Virus record (IMG/VR): IMGVR_UViG_3300037130_000236
DNA length: 64,000 nt
From: a virus
Direction: 5' to 3' (one strand)
The notes beneath the pieces are model-generated. The model was not told the DNA's origin and did not search any database. It saw only the letters and a program-made list of their open reading frames with translations. Shown in pieces: positions 46,561 through 55,295 of this stretch; position 1 is the first letter of the stretch; each line of letters begins with the position of its first letter. The position numbers were made by a program, and so were the translations under genes.

Positions 46561-46865
46561 CGGGCGCCGACTCTCTCTGCGAGATCTATACCAGTCTTCT
46601 CTGTGAAGAGCGCCTGGCCTTCCCGGTAGCAGTCGTAGAGATCGGGCCTGTGTGTGTCCAGTTGAACCACCTGGATAAACCAGTCGGTGCATGCTCGGAT
46701 GATCGGACCTGATCCGTAAACCAGGTACCAGTTCCGCATCGCCAACAATAAGACCGCTGGGTTGATCGGGGGATGTATGTCGCACAGGACAGACTCAAGC
46801 ACCCGGATTGTTTCGTCGTCCAGGCGTCCCGTCTTGTCCAATGTACGATCCAAGGGATTTGCCAT
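46557..46865 (-). CDS. Hypothetical protein
   Basis: Start MANPLD with AGGAG SD, divergent from repressor. Confidence 0.65.
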   Translation of the reverse strand: MANPLDRTLDKTGRLDDETIRVLESVLCDIHPPINPAVLLLAMRNWYLVYGSGPIIRACTDWFIQVVQLDTHRPDLYDCYREGQALFTEKTGIDLAERVGAR

Positions 46866-46877
46866 TTCTTCTCCTAT

Positions 46878-46888
46878 CCAACTGTTAG
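46878..46888. promoter_or_regulatory. Candidate operator in the divergent repressor gap
   Basis: CCAACTGTTAG, 1 mismatch; abuts TTGACT-N18-GACAAT sigma70-like promoter candidate for the repressor. Confidence 0.55.
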
Positions 46889-46933
46889 TTGACTCAGGCT
46901 CGGTCTCGGATTGACAATGAACCCGGAGGCAGG

Positions 46934-47344
46934 ATGCCACGCACTTTAGGAAAGCACACCAATCACTTCGGTCCATTCATCAGACGGCGGCGACGCGAGT
47001 TGAGCCTGACGCAGCGCGAGGTCGCTGCGGCTCTCAAGGTCTCTGCGCCTGAGTTTGTTGGCATGATCGAATCGGGCCTTCGCAAGCCAAACTTCGAACG
47101 GTTACCTGCTCTGGCAGAAGTCTTGCAGGTTCCGGTCCTCGAGATGATCCAGATGGCTTTTGCAGACGTCTACCCAAGCCTGGTGGGCTACCTGACACAA
47201 GAACAAACAGCTCAGACCGCCAAGGCCAATCGGCTGGGTCAGAAGCTCTACGCTCTGCCCCAGCCAATACGCCAGCCCATCATCAAGATGATCGACAAGT
47301 TCTATGCCGAACGATCCGTCGAGAAGAAGGACAAAGTGGCGTAA
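46934..47344 (+). CDS. XRE/Cro-family HTH repressor
   Basis: IRRRRRELSLTQREVAAAL.V....V..IESGLRKP....L..LAEVL; GGAGG SD; only clear plus-strand gene. Confidence 0.9.
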   Translation: MPRTLGKHTNHFGPFIRRRRRELSLTQREVAAALKVSAPEFVGMIESGLRKPNFERLPALAEVLQVPVLEMIQMAFADVYPSLVGYLTQEQTAQTAKANRLGQKLYALPQPIRQPIIKMIDKFYAERSVEKKDKVA

Positions 47345-47571
47345 TCTACCTGCGCTGCAGTCAGACTTTCCTTTTCCACCACTTCGCCGCGTCGGCGAGC
47401 CCTCTCCCTCAGAAGAGCCTTTTCCTGATTCTTCAGGTGCTTGGGCAAGCCACGCACCTTGGATCTGGATTGCTGGGTTATTGCCTGACGGATCTTCTGT
47501 GCGAACTCCAGGCACCTCTCGATCTTCTCGTCCGACATTCCCGGGATCTCTGCAAGGAAGGGATCAGCCAT
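47302..47571 (-). CDS. Basic hypothetical protein overlapping repressor 3' end
   Basis: Start MADPFL; 43-bp convergent overlap. Confidence 0.55.
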   Translation of the reverse strand: MADPFLAEIPGMSDEKIERCLEFAQKIRQAITQQSRSKVRGLPKHLKNQEKALLRERARRRGEVVEKESLTAAQVDYATLSFFSTDRSA

Positions 47572-47803
47572 TGGTGTTGTTTTTCGGCTTCTCAGCAACC
47601 ACAATCGAAACTTTCATCTGGGTGATGCTGTGACCCTTCACGCCCTTCCGCTTTTTGACTTCTTTCCAGGCACGGTTGAACGCCGTGCCATAATCGCTGG
47701 CCTTGGCGGTTGCCGACTGCCCCATGTTGACACTGGTAAGCTCGGGCATCTGGAAGTAGAAGGTGTAAGTTCGCAGGTTGTCTTCTGCACCGATGATTTC
47801 CAT
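47564..47803 (-). CDS. Hypothetical protein
   Basis: TGATG coupling at 47803. Confidence 0.6.
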   Translation of the reverse strand: MEIIGAEDNLRTYTFYFQMPELTSVNMGQSATAKASDYGTAFNRAWKEVKKRKGVKGHSITQMKVSIVVAEKPKNNTNG

Positions 47804-48501
47804 CAGGCTGCCTCTCTTTCCTGTGGATACCAAGCCTCTGTCAGCGCCGGCGTCACACATTCGCACTCGAAGAACTTGCGATCGACAGGAAACGGGTTGG
47901 CTTCCGCAAAGGCTAGCATCTTCGCTCTGGTCTCCGCGTCAGGATCCATATCGTGCCAGCTGTTGCGGCCGAACGCGCCAAATGCAGTGTCCATCTTGGC
48001 GAGTAGCTCGTCGAGTTCAGGCACCGGTCTTTCGAGAAGCCTGCGAGTAATCCTGTACCCATAACACCGGAAAGGACGGACTGAACGGCACCTCACGAAG
48101 AGAGGCTTGCAGTTGCTCTTCAGTTTGATCCAACCTTCAGGTTTGAATCCCCGGCGGCCAGCCGCCTGCTCTTTGATCGTTGCACGCCAGCGCGCGGCAT
48201 AGTCGTTCGGCGGTTCAGGGACATCGGTGAAGAAGGTCAACGGACAGGTGTAGTGGGAAGGTCCGCAGCTCTCATCGAGCGACTTGACTCCCCAGCCTTC
48301 CCCTTTGAACCGCTGCATGATGTCGTATCCGATGTAGCGATGCGAGGCCACGCCTGGTGCAGCGATCTCCCAGACCGACCATAAGATGTTGCCCTTCGTC
48401 ACCTTCTTGAGACAGCGTCGGGTAGTTCCACCGTACTCGCTGTCCGTGGTCAGTTGACGGATGAGTGACTTGCGTGAGTAGTATCCAGAGATCCAGCCCA
48501 T
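47803..48501 (-). CDS. DUF6927-like protein (plasmid/ICE-type)
   Basis: MGW...W.VWE...GWGVKSLDESCGP..Y.CPL...A.RWRA. Confidence 0.6.
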   Translation of the reverse strand: MGWISGYYSRKSLIRQLTTDSEYGGTTRRCLKKVTKGNILWSVWEIAAPGVASHRYIGYDIMQRFKGEGWGVKSLDESCGPSHYTCPLTFFTDVPEPPNDYAARWRATIKEQAAGRRGFKPEGWIKLKSNCKPLFVRCRSVRPFRCYGYRITRRLLERPVPELDELLAKMDTAFGAFGRNSWHDMDPDAETRAKMLAFAEANPFPVDRKFFECECVTPALTEAWYPQEREAA

Positions 48502-48503
48502 GC

Positions 48504-49124
48504 CTATACTGCTTCCTCAAGTGGCGGGCACTTGCAGTTGGTGAGACGTTCTTTACAAGAGCCACAGAGGGCATAGCCCTCGGGATCTACACGCAGGGGC
48601 CGGGATTCGGTCAAACGGCCGGCACGAAACAGTTGGCCGGCAGAGATGCCTCTGACCTTGGTTTTGACAGGCAGCGGCCCGAACATGTTGTCGATGATGG
48701 TGCCGTCGAGAGCGAGGTTGCAGAGATAATCGGCATCTCTGTTTTCTTCCCGCGGATACCACACGTACGAAATGACAATGCCTGAATAGAAGGCCAGGAT
48801 TTCCCTGATCTGATGTTGAAGTGCTATCAGGTTCTCGTCCTTGCATCTCCACTCTCTGGTCATCTGATTGACCAGGAGCTGGGAGTCCGCGCGGAACTCA
48901 ATACGATCGACGTCGGATGTGAAGTCGAGCAACGGGTCCAGGCTGTTTACAGCCAGCAGCAGACCCCGGTACTCAGCAATGTTGTTGCTGCCGATCAGAG
49001 TCTCGTTCAGGCAGGCAACGTATTTGTGCTGCTCATCGAATGCGACGAAGGCACAGGACGCTGGGCCCGGCTCGGTGGCTGAGTTTGAACGGCTGCCACC
49101 ATCCGTGTAGATGATCAGCTTCAT
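48504..49124 (-). CDS. rnhA: Ribonuclease HI
   Basis: YTDGGSR, NNIAEYRGL, ADSQLLVNQM, REENRDAD. Confidence 0.9.
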   Translation of the reverse strand: MKLIIYTDGGSRSNSATEPGPASCAFVAFDEQHKYVACLNETLIGSNNIAEYRGLLLAVNSLDPLLDFTSDVDRIEFRADSQLLVNQMTREWRCKDENLIALQHQIREILAFYSGIVISYVWYPREENRDADYLCNLALDGTIIDNMFGPLPVKTKVRGISAGQLFRAGRLTESRPLRVDPEGYALCGSCKERLTNCKCPPLEEAV

Positions 49125-49642
49125 GCCGCCAGTTTCCGTTCGTGGCGGCGGAACTGAATCGTCTTCTTCATCCACTTGTCGAGGGTCATCTTCCGATTCA
49201 GCTTGCCCTGGTGATCGACGATCAAGATGCCGTTGAGATGGTCGATCTCATGCTGAATGACTCGTGCTTCCAGGCCCTCGGCGACCATAGTGATCGGTTG
49301 AAAGTCTTCGGTCAGCCCAGTGACGCTGATCTCCGTTGGACGAGTGACCTTGACCTGCAAGCCGGGCAGGCTCAAGCAACCCTCCGCGACCGTCGATGTT
49401 TCGGAACCGAACTCAATGATTTCGGGATTGGTCAGGGACTGCATCTGTCCCTGGCTGTCCTGGTAGATGATGACCCGCTTCAAGACGCCGATCTGATTGG
49501 CGGCCAGGCCCTGTCCGCGGAAGGAGAGGCAAGCTTCCTTCATGTCGCCGATCAGATTTGTGAGACCCTCGCCGAACTCAGCATCAACTGGTTCGCAGGT
49601 CTTGAGAATTACGCCGTCCGGATATTCGCAGATTGCGGTCAT
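49121..49642 (-). CDS. def: Peptide deformylase
   Basis: GQGLAANQIG, EGCLS, QHEIDH intact. Confidence 0.95.
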   Translation of the reverse strand: MTAICEYPDGVILKTCEPVDAEFGEGLTNLIGDMKEACLSFRGQGLAANQIGVLKRVIIYQDSQGQMQSLTNPEIIEFGSETSTVAEGCLSLPGLQVKVTRPTEISVTGLTEDFQPITMVAEGLEARVIQHEIDHLNGILIVDHQGKLNRKMTLDKWMKKTIQFRRHERKLAA

Positions 49643-49974
49643 TCTTTTTCCTCCAGCATGTTGAGAATGCCTTCAAAGACCTTTTCAACAGCGGTCACGC
49701 CGTCGAAGAAGCTCCGCTCGAAATCGGCGCGCGTTGCTTTCGTGTAGTCCAGACACGTTGTGAGCTGTTCCTCTGTCGGCTGCACATGCAAGGCTGCCAT
49801 CAGGGCGATACGGATCTTTGTGGCCGCATAGAAGTCCAGAGAGCGGATCATGCGGCTGTACACCGGCGAGATGTTCTTCACATCCGATGTCGGTTCGCGC
49901 AGCATTTCCCGGAACTGCGCCGGCCGGTTCTCAATCAACGCGATGGTAGCGTTCAGTGCTGCATTCAAACTCAT
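49639..49974 (-). CDS. Hypothetical helical protein
   Basis: TGATG coupling at 49974. Confidence 0.65.
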   Translation of the reverse strand: MSLNAALNATIALIENRPAQFREMLREPTSDVKNISPVYSRMIRSLDFYAATKIRIALMAALHVQPTEEQLTTCLDYTKATRADFERSFFDGVTAVEKVFEGILNMLEEKE

Positions 49975-50570
49975 CACATCACCCACTCTTGCTTTGGTGT
50001 TTTGTCCTGTTCGAGCACTGACTCGTAGTCGACCAGGATGCCAAGCCTGGCATCGAAATTACCGGGATGTGGCAGGAATGGAGAGTTCCGCCTATACAAC
50101 TGCCGCTCTGCAACCAGATCGCAGGTGCAAGCTGCCGTAGGTATATCCTTTGCTGCGAACTGCATCCCAAGCAGAACCGGATCGGTCAGTTCAGGACCGC
50201 CGACTGGTTCAAAAGACGAGCGGTAAATCCTGTCTTTCCGCAGAACCGAGTCACCGTAGACACCGTACTGGACGGGAACGATTCCCATGGGCGGATAGAC
50301 ATCGAGATGCCAGCGCCAAACTTGAAACGGTTCGTCCAGACCGGCCCACTTCATGTACCGGTCAACGAAAACGTGACTGACCATCAGATGAAGACCAGGA
50401 AGCACGAGGCAATCCTGCACCACTACGGTGTAGGGCGCCTCATTGGGGTCCAACACGAAGCTGATCAACTCTCCAAGTCGGTTCAGACAAGTGATTCCGA
50501 CCCGCGACATATACACATAGTCGACAGCTTCTTCGATCATGATTCGTGCTGAAACAACGAGTTCGGTCAT
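49974..50570 (-). CDS. Hypothetical protein
   Basis: 198-aa ORF in operon. Confidence 0.65.
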   Translation of the reverse strand: MTELVVSARIMIEEAVDYVYMSRVGITCLNRLGELISFVLDPNEAPYTVVVQDCLVLPGLHLMVSHVFVDRYMKWAGLDEPFQVWRWHLDVYPPMGIVPVQYGVYGDSVLRKDRIYRSSFEPVGGPELTDPVLLGMQFAAKDIPTAACTCDLVAERQLYRRNSPFLPHPGNFDARLGILVDYESVLEQDKTPKQEWVM

Positions 50571-50579
50571 AGCTCTTGA

Positions 50580-50604
50580 AGCCGGGTGGGGTTACCACCC
50601 GGCT
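50580..50604 (-). terminator. Hairpin downstream of ssb
   Basis: AGCCGGGTGG-N5-CCACCCGGCT, 10-bp stem. Confidence 0.5.
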
Positions 50605-50614
50605 CTCTTCCGCC

Positions 50615-51232
50615 TCAGAAGGGGATGTCGTCGTCGATCAGGGCCTGCTGCGCGGGCTGGACAGCCGAAGGAGCGGGTTGCCGCTGCTGTGTCTGCCGGG
50701 CTGCGGGAGCTGCCGCTTGTGTGCGGGGCGCCGCGGCCTGACGAGGAGCTGCCGCCTGACGCGGGGCCGGTTGCTGTGCGGGCGCAGCGGCCTGCTGATG
50801 GTTCCCGTTCCCGCCATTCCCGTTGCTGTTGCCGTTGTTTTCGCTCTTGGGCACCACACGGAACGGACCGGAGATGTCGCGCGCAACGCAGCGGAAGCCG
50901 ACGGCCGCGTTGTCGATCACATTGCCGCTCTGCTTGTCCTTCTTCGAATAGGTCGTGAACTCCATCTCGCCATCGTTGATGACGATCGTGTCGCCGGGGC
51001 TGAACCGTTCGGCAACATACTGAGCCTGACGGCCGAATGCAACCACGTTGACCCAAGTGGTCTTGTAGGCCGTGGTCTGATCCTGGCCGTTGTAGTTGCG
51101 GACATCGCCCTTGCCTTCGCCGACCCACCGCTCGGTGGCGACGCCGACCTGCACCCAAGCCTTGTCGCCTTCACCCTGCAACTCCGGCTGCTTGCCAATC
51201 TTGCCATCGAAATGAACCTTGATTCCTGCCAT
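50615..51232 (-). CDS. ssb: Single-stranded DNA-binding protein
   Basis: OB-fold (TTWVNVVAFGRQA), Gln/Pro/Ala linker, DDDIPF tail. Confidence 0.9.
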   Translation of the reverse strand: MAGIKVHFDGKIGKQPELQGEGDKAWVQVGVATERWVGEGKGDVRNYNGQDQTTAYKTTWVNVVAFGRQAQYVAERFSPGDTIVINDGEMEFTTYSKKDKQSGNVIDNAAVGFRCVARDISGPFRVVPKSENNGNSNGNGGNGNHQQAAAPAQQPAPRQAAAPRQAAAPRTQAAAPAARQTQQRQPAPSAVQPAQQALIDDDIPF

Positions 51233-51306
51233 GCTTCTCTTCCTCTTTCATCCAGCCATACGGCCGGGGATTCTCTTAGTTGACATCAATCTGAGCGAGT
51301 ACAAAA

Positions 51307-51317
51307 CTAACCGTAAG
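51307..51317. promoter_or_regulatory. Candidate operator upstream of ssb (1 mismatch)
   Basis: CTAACCGTAAG in intergenic gap. Confidence 0.5.
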
Positions 51318-51356
51318 GTAGCTCGCCAGACACCGGACTGCATTCGGGTAAAGCCC

Positions 51357-51536
51357 TTAGGCTTGCTCTGCAGGTAGAGGTGGCGCAACCAACCCGCGCT
51401 TCTCCCACTCCTCGCGGCAGACGGGATGATAGATCCACCACTTGGCTATCTCAGGCGGATCGTTCTCCTGAGCGTACTTGCGGAAATCGGCCTCTTCCGC
51501 CGGGTCGAGCTGGCGAAACAGAATCTCTTGCAGCAT
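51357..51536 (-). CDS. Small hypothetical protein
   Basis: 59-aa ORF MLQEILFRQL...YHPVCREEW not in track; GAGG SD. Confidence 0.55.
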   Translation of the reverse strand: MLQEILFRQLDPAEEADFRKYAQENDPPEIAKWWIYHPVCREEWEKRGLVAPPLPAEQA

Positions 51537-52278
51537 GTTTCCTCTTGCGTTCGCACTGGGTCACCGGTATAGGCGCCATCTGGCCGGTGGCGAGGTTGAC
51601 GAAGCCTCCTTGATAGGAAACCTCGCGGTGCCTGAACAGCCGCGCCAGCAAAGCGAGCGCGTGATTGGCCAGCACCTGGTTCACAAAGGGCTCCTGTCGT
51701 TTCAGCGCCTCGACGGAGCTGCAGGAGGGCAGAGTGTCCGAACCGTCCAGTCTGGGATCGAGGATCTCCGGGTAGAGTTCCGCGACCGTGAGCAGACGGT
51801 ACTTGGCATGCTGATTGCGCCGGTTCCGGGGCTGGCCCAGAACGAACTGACCGTTGTCGGCATTGTTCCCGATGTCCAGCCAGTAGAGCGTCTTCTTGAA
51901 GGCTGGAGACCGGCTGATGGCCAGCCTGGCCGCCCGCGTATCCACACAGGTGATCAGGATGTCTACAACCCCATCCGTCTTCTCTGTGAAGTGCCCGGTG
52001 GAGGCGTTCCATTTCAGTCCCCAGAAGAGGTTCAGCCTGTTGGCAATTACCAGTGACTTGTACAGGCCGATCTCCGACTGGGAGAAGGGCTGCCTTACAC
52101 AATTGGTGGAGGAGATGCGATCGCCATCAACGAAGATGACATTGAGACCAGGCTGTCCCTCGGCAAGGAGGGACTGGTTGATGTACGGCAAGCCGCCGGC
52201 CAGCGCACTGCCCGTCCCTCCACATCCCACCACTGCGACGCGAGTTCGAGAACACCTGTGATCCAGCTTGTGGTTCAA
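51451..52278 (-). CDS. PRTRC system ThiF/E1-like adenylating enzyme
   Basis: VGCGGTGS, VDGDRIS.TN.VRQ, ITCVD, WLDIGN, LPSCS; TTG start coupled to upstream TGA. Confidence 0.9.
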   Translation of the reverse strand: MNHKLDHRCSRTRVAVVGCGGTGSALAGGLPYINQSLLAEGQPGLNVIFVDGDRISSTNCVRQPFSQSEIGLYKSLVIANRLNLFWGLKWNASTGHFTEKTDGVVDILITCVDTRAARLAISRSPAFKKTLYWLDIGNNADNGQFVLGQPRNRRNQHAKYRLLTVAELYPEILDPRLDGSDTLPSCSSVEALKRQEPFVNQVLANHALALLARLFRHREVSYQGGFVNLATGQMAPIPVTQCERKRKHAARDSVSPARPGGRGRFPQVRSGERSA

Positions 52279-52565
52279 GGGATTGCCACCGATCTCTTGA
52301 CTCGCTTGTACTTGTTGCGAAGACGCAGCCTCTGCTTGTTGAAGATTGTGATCGTTAACCGCGAGCCCATGTTCAGAAGAGAGAATTCCATCTTCTCGAC
52401 CAGGGCGTAGTGAAGGCTCACCCCAGTCGTTAGATCGACCAGCGGATACTTGCCCGTGGTCTTGATGTAGAAGCTGCCTTTGCACTCCAGGATGGTTCCG
52501 ATTTCAAAGTCCTGAAAGCGATAACGCAACCCAACGGTAACAGCGATTGTGTTCTTCATTGGCAT
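52275..52565 (-). CDS. Hypothetical protein inserted in PRTRC cassette
   Basis: 96 aa, coupled to both neighbours. Confidence 0.55.
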   Translation of the reverse strand: MPMKNTIAVTVGLRYRFQDFEIGTILECKGSFYIKTTGKYPLVDLTTGVSLHYALVEKMEFSLLNMGSRLTITIFNKQRLRLRNKYKRVKRSVAIP

Positions 52566-53278
52566 CCTTCAGTCAGCAAGTCACGAACTGTCTGTTTGGA
52601 GGGGTGCAGATACTCGAGGCCGAATGCTTCAGCGCCGGCCAGCTCCGTCCACAGCCCAAGGAAACCTCCGGAGTGCTTGGTAAGCACACCAGCACCGCTG
52701 GGATGAGTGAACTCGCTATCGAAGAAACCTTCTTCCCAGACTTCCAACGTGGACACGTCGGTGACCCTCGGCCGCTTCATGCTGCCTGAGCAGACACTTC
52801 CTCGACCTGGCTCGGTGTTCCAGTAGGGAGCCACGAAGAGTGGATCTTCCGGATCAGGACGATGATCCCCAGCCAGGGCGCGCAAGGATAAGCGGCCGCG
52901 GTTGACGATCCAGATCAAAGCCGGGTGAGGAAACACCTGGCCATTCAGAGCTACAGCCTCTTCCTTGTGGAAGAACATGGCCCGCTTTCTTGCTGGCGTC
53001 CACCAGACAATCGCGTTGGAGTTGCAGGCGATGACATTCGGCGGCAGGTAAACCAGACCGGTCTTCTGGCCAAGAGTCTCCAGGAGTTCAGTCAACAACT
53101 CGATCGAGATGAGGCTGCCAGGGCCGACCTGCAACTCCCCGTCCAGGCAAACCGGCGTGTGTTCAGTCAGGAATCCGGACTTGTCCTTCTCGGTTCCGCC
53201 AGCATAGTAGAGCAGCACCTTGTTCAGGGTGTACTCATGGCGCATCCCAATGTTTACTTCGAGGTGCATTTCTCCCAC
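52556..53278 (-). CDS. PRTRC system protein B (prokaryotic E2 family D-like)
   Basis: LPPNVI...VWWTPA...FPHPALIW...APYWN...VCSG...WE..FF.SEFTH. Confidence 0.8.
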   Translation of the reverse strand: MGEMHLEVNIGMRHEYTLNKVLLYYAGGTEKDKSGFLTEHTPVCLDGELQVGPGSLISIELLTELLETLGQKTGLVYLPPNVIACNSNAIVWWTPARKRAMFFHKEEAVALNGQVFPHPALIWIVNRGRLSLRALAGDHRPDPEDPLFVAPYWNTEPGRGSVCSGSMKRPRVTDVSTLEVWEEGFFDSEFTHPSGAGVLTKHSGGFLGLWTELAGAEAFGLEYLHPSKQTVRDLLTEGCQ

Positions 53279-54309
53279 TCCTCAACCGTCATCACGCATT
53301 TGTTCAGAAGACCAATCAGCTTGACCATCCGAGGCAGAGCTTCGAACAGCTTCGCGAATGCCCGGTAGTCATCAGGCCGGTAACCCCGGACGATAGTTGG
53401 CGCCGGGTCACAGCCGCTGTTGTACAGATCCTGCTGGTATTCATCGATCCAGGCGGTGATGTTGTCCTTCCTGTCGACACCGAGGGCAAGACCGATCTGC
53501 GAAGCGCCGTCGTAATACCGGGCATTCTCGACGGAGTATTCCAGCTCGGGGATTGTCTTCGGCAACTTGATCGTCTTGGAAAGCTTGTAGGCTTCCAAGC
53601 AGGTCAGGAAGAGTGCCCTGCATTCCTCATCGGGAATGGTGTCGAAGGCTGCTTTGATGCGACGCTCGGCGAACTTTAACCGGCTGGCTTCCTTGAGATA
53701 CACCGGACAGTCATTGGGATCGGCGAGCTCCTCAGCCAGAGGCTCTTCTCCTTGCTCCCTCTCTTCAGCCAGGTAATCCTGACGTATTTCATATTCGGCT
53801 TTGGCTTCATTCAAAGAGAAAGGCATCGTCACGGCACAGGCTGCGCCATAGATCAGCCAGTAGAACGTCGCCATCAGCTTCTCGTACTCAGGAGCTTTGC
53901 CCAGGCGTTGGACCACCGTATCCAGTGCCATGTATTGCATCGACCCATTGGTCCAGGAGAAACACAAGTACAACGGTTCCTTCTTTGCCTTCCGCATCCA
54001 CTCTTCACTGCTCAGCTCGAAGTGAATCTCAAACCCTTCATCGCACCAATAGGAAGCCAGCATGTCTTTCAGCGCCCGGATCAGGACTTCAACAACATCT
54101 TTGGCGCCCTCGGTGTGTTCATTCCTCACGTAGCCCTTGTCCACCAGAACTTCCAGTGGTTTGAGAGCCAGCTCCATATCGCGGCGAACCGTGTACTGGA
54201 ACTGCACCCCGCGCAGACTTGGCAGGCGGAGAAAGTTGGCCGGCGCGATCAGACCAACGGATGGATCAGACTCGCGGCGGGAGTGAGCAGATCTTTGTTT
54301 CGTTGACAT
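53254..54309 (-). CDS. PRTRC system protein F-like
   Basis: Position between C and B; N-terminal FLRLPSL..V pattern. Confidence 0.6.
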   Translation of the reverse strand: MSTKQRSAHSRRESDPSVGLIAPANFLRLPSLRGVQFQYTVRRDMELALKPLEVLVDKGYVRNEHTEGAKDVVEVLIRALKDMLASYWCDEGFEIHFELSSEEWMRKAKKEPLYLCFSWTNGSMQYMALDTVVQRLGKAPEYEKLMATFYWLIYGAACAVTMPFSLNEAKAEYEIRQDYLAEEREQGEEPLAEELADPNDCPVYLKEASRLKFAERRIKAAFDTIPDEECRALFLTCLEAYKLSKTIKLPKTIPELEYSVENARYYDGASQIGLALGVDRKDNITAWIDEYQQDLYNSGCDPAPTIVRGYRPDDYRAFAKLFEALPRMVKLIGLLNKCVMTVEEWEKCTSK

Positions 54310-54461
54310 CTGTCGAACAGCACGTGCAGAGCCTGCCCTATCTTTCGCGCGGATTCGCATTTCACAACCTCGCCAACAATGGCAATCGAAGCGGGATCAC
54401 CCTGATCCGCAAACTCATTGAGCCTGCGGATCAAGGCAACCTTCTTTGATGATCTGGTCAA
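54249..54461 (-). CDS. Possible small ORF between PRTRC C and F
   Basis: 70 codons from TTG; overlaps F start. Confidence 0.3.
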   Translation of the reverse strand: MTRSSKKVALIRRLNEFADQGDPASIAIVGEVVKCESARKIGQALHVLFDRCQRNKDLLTPAASLIHPLV

Positions 54462-54465
54462 CTGA

Positions 54466-54675
54466 CTACCCCTTGGCGCCCACTGCCCGACCGAAGCGGA
54501 ACCGCAGCTTGCCGTTGCGGGCCTCAGGGCCCACAACTGTTGCCGTGGTGATCTCGGGGTACTGCGGAGCGTACATCGCCCGCACCTGCTCGATGGTGAA
54601 TTCCGGATTGGGGTCCGGCAACACTGCATCATCGAACACGAACTCCCGCGTCATTTTCTCGACTTTGACTGCCAT
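54466..54675 (-). CDS. PRTRC system protein C (ubiquitin-like)
   Basis: REFVF....LPDPNP...EQVR.MYA.QYPEITTA...GP......F...VGAKG C-terminal Gly. Confidence 0.85.
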   Translation of the reverse strand: MAVKVEKMTREFVFDDAVLPDPNPEFTIEQVRAMYAPQYPEITTATVVGPEARNGKLRFRFGRAVGAKG

Positions 54676-55262
54676 TATTCGGCCTCGCCTTCGTCGAATC
54701 CGTCTGGTAGTTCAGCGGGAAGTTCGCCGTCTTCTGCCGGCGGCGCCGCGGCGGGCTCCTCGGCGTGAACGGCGGCAGCGGCATTGGCATCGCCCGCGGC
54801 CTCCCAGAGTGTGAAGGTATCCGGGGCCTGGGCAGTACCAGCCGTTGTCTTGGTTGGATGAACGGCAGGCTTGCCTTCATCCTTCTTGTCGGCCTTCGCC
54901 GGCGTCACCTTGGTCTTGGCCTTCGCCGTTGCTTCCTTGGCTGACTTGGCAACCTCGGCAAGCGTCTCCTGGAGTTCCTTCAGGCTTTCCAGAACGGTTG
55001 TGTGGCCGTCGGAGTAGCTGGCCAGCAATTGAGGCAGCTCAGCGTCGATCTCTTCGGGTGTGCCCACCAGGGATAGAGGTGTGATCAAGGCTGCAACATC
55101 TTCCTTTGTCACGCCTTCCTTCTGGGTCACGTCGCGGGTCAGCTGGCTGTCACTGTCGACCGCCTTGGGAATGACGTTGACCCTGATTTTGGTCTTGTCA
55201 ACCGAAGCGATCGTAATCGTCACGGGCCGACTCTGAAGAATCGGCATCAGTTCTGTGAACAT
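54675..55262 (-). CDS. PRTRC system protein E
   Basis: MF.EL.P.......IRVNVIP...PLSLVGTPEEIDAEL, Ala/Lys-rich tail. Confidence 0.85.
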   Translation of the reverse strand: MFTELMPILQSRPVTITIASVDKTKIRVNVIPKAVDSDSQLTRDVTQKEGVTKEDVAALITPLSLVGTPEEIDAELPQLLASYSDGHTTVLESLKELQETLAEVAKSAKEATAKAKTKVTPAKADKKDEGKPAVHPTKTTAGTAQAPDTFTLWEAAGDANAAAAVHAEEPAAAPPAEDGELPAELPDGFDEGEAE

Positions 55263-55295
55263 GGTTGTCCTCGCCCAATGGGCTGTTGATGTTGG

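Noticed and set aside
50680-50800. GCCGC-rich repeats in the ssb tail
   Set aside because: They encode the ordinary low-complexity QAAAPR linker of SSB.
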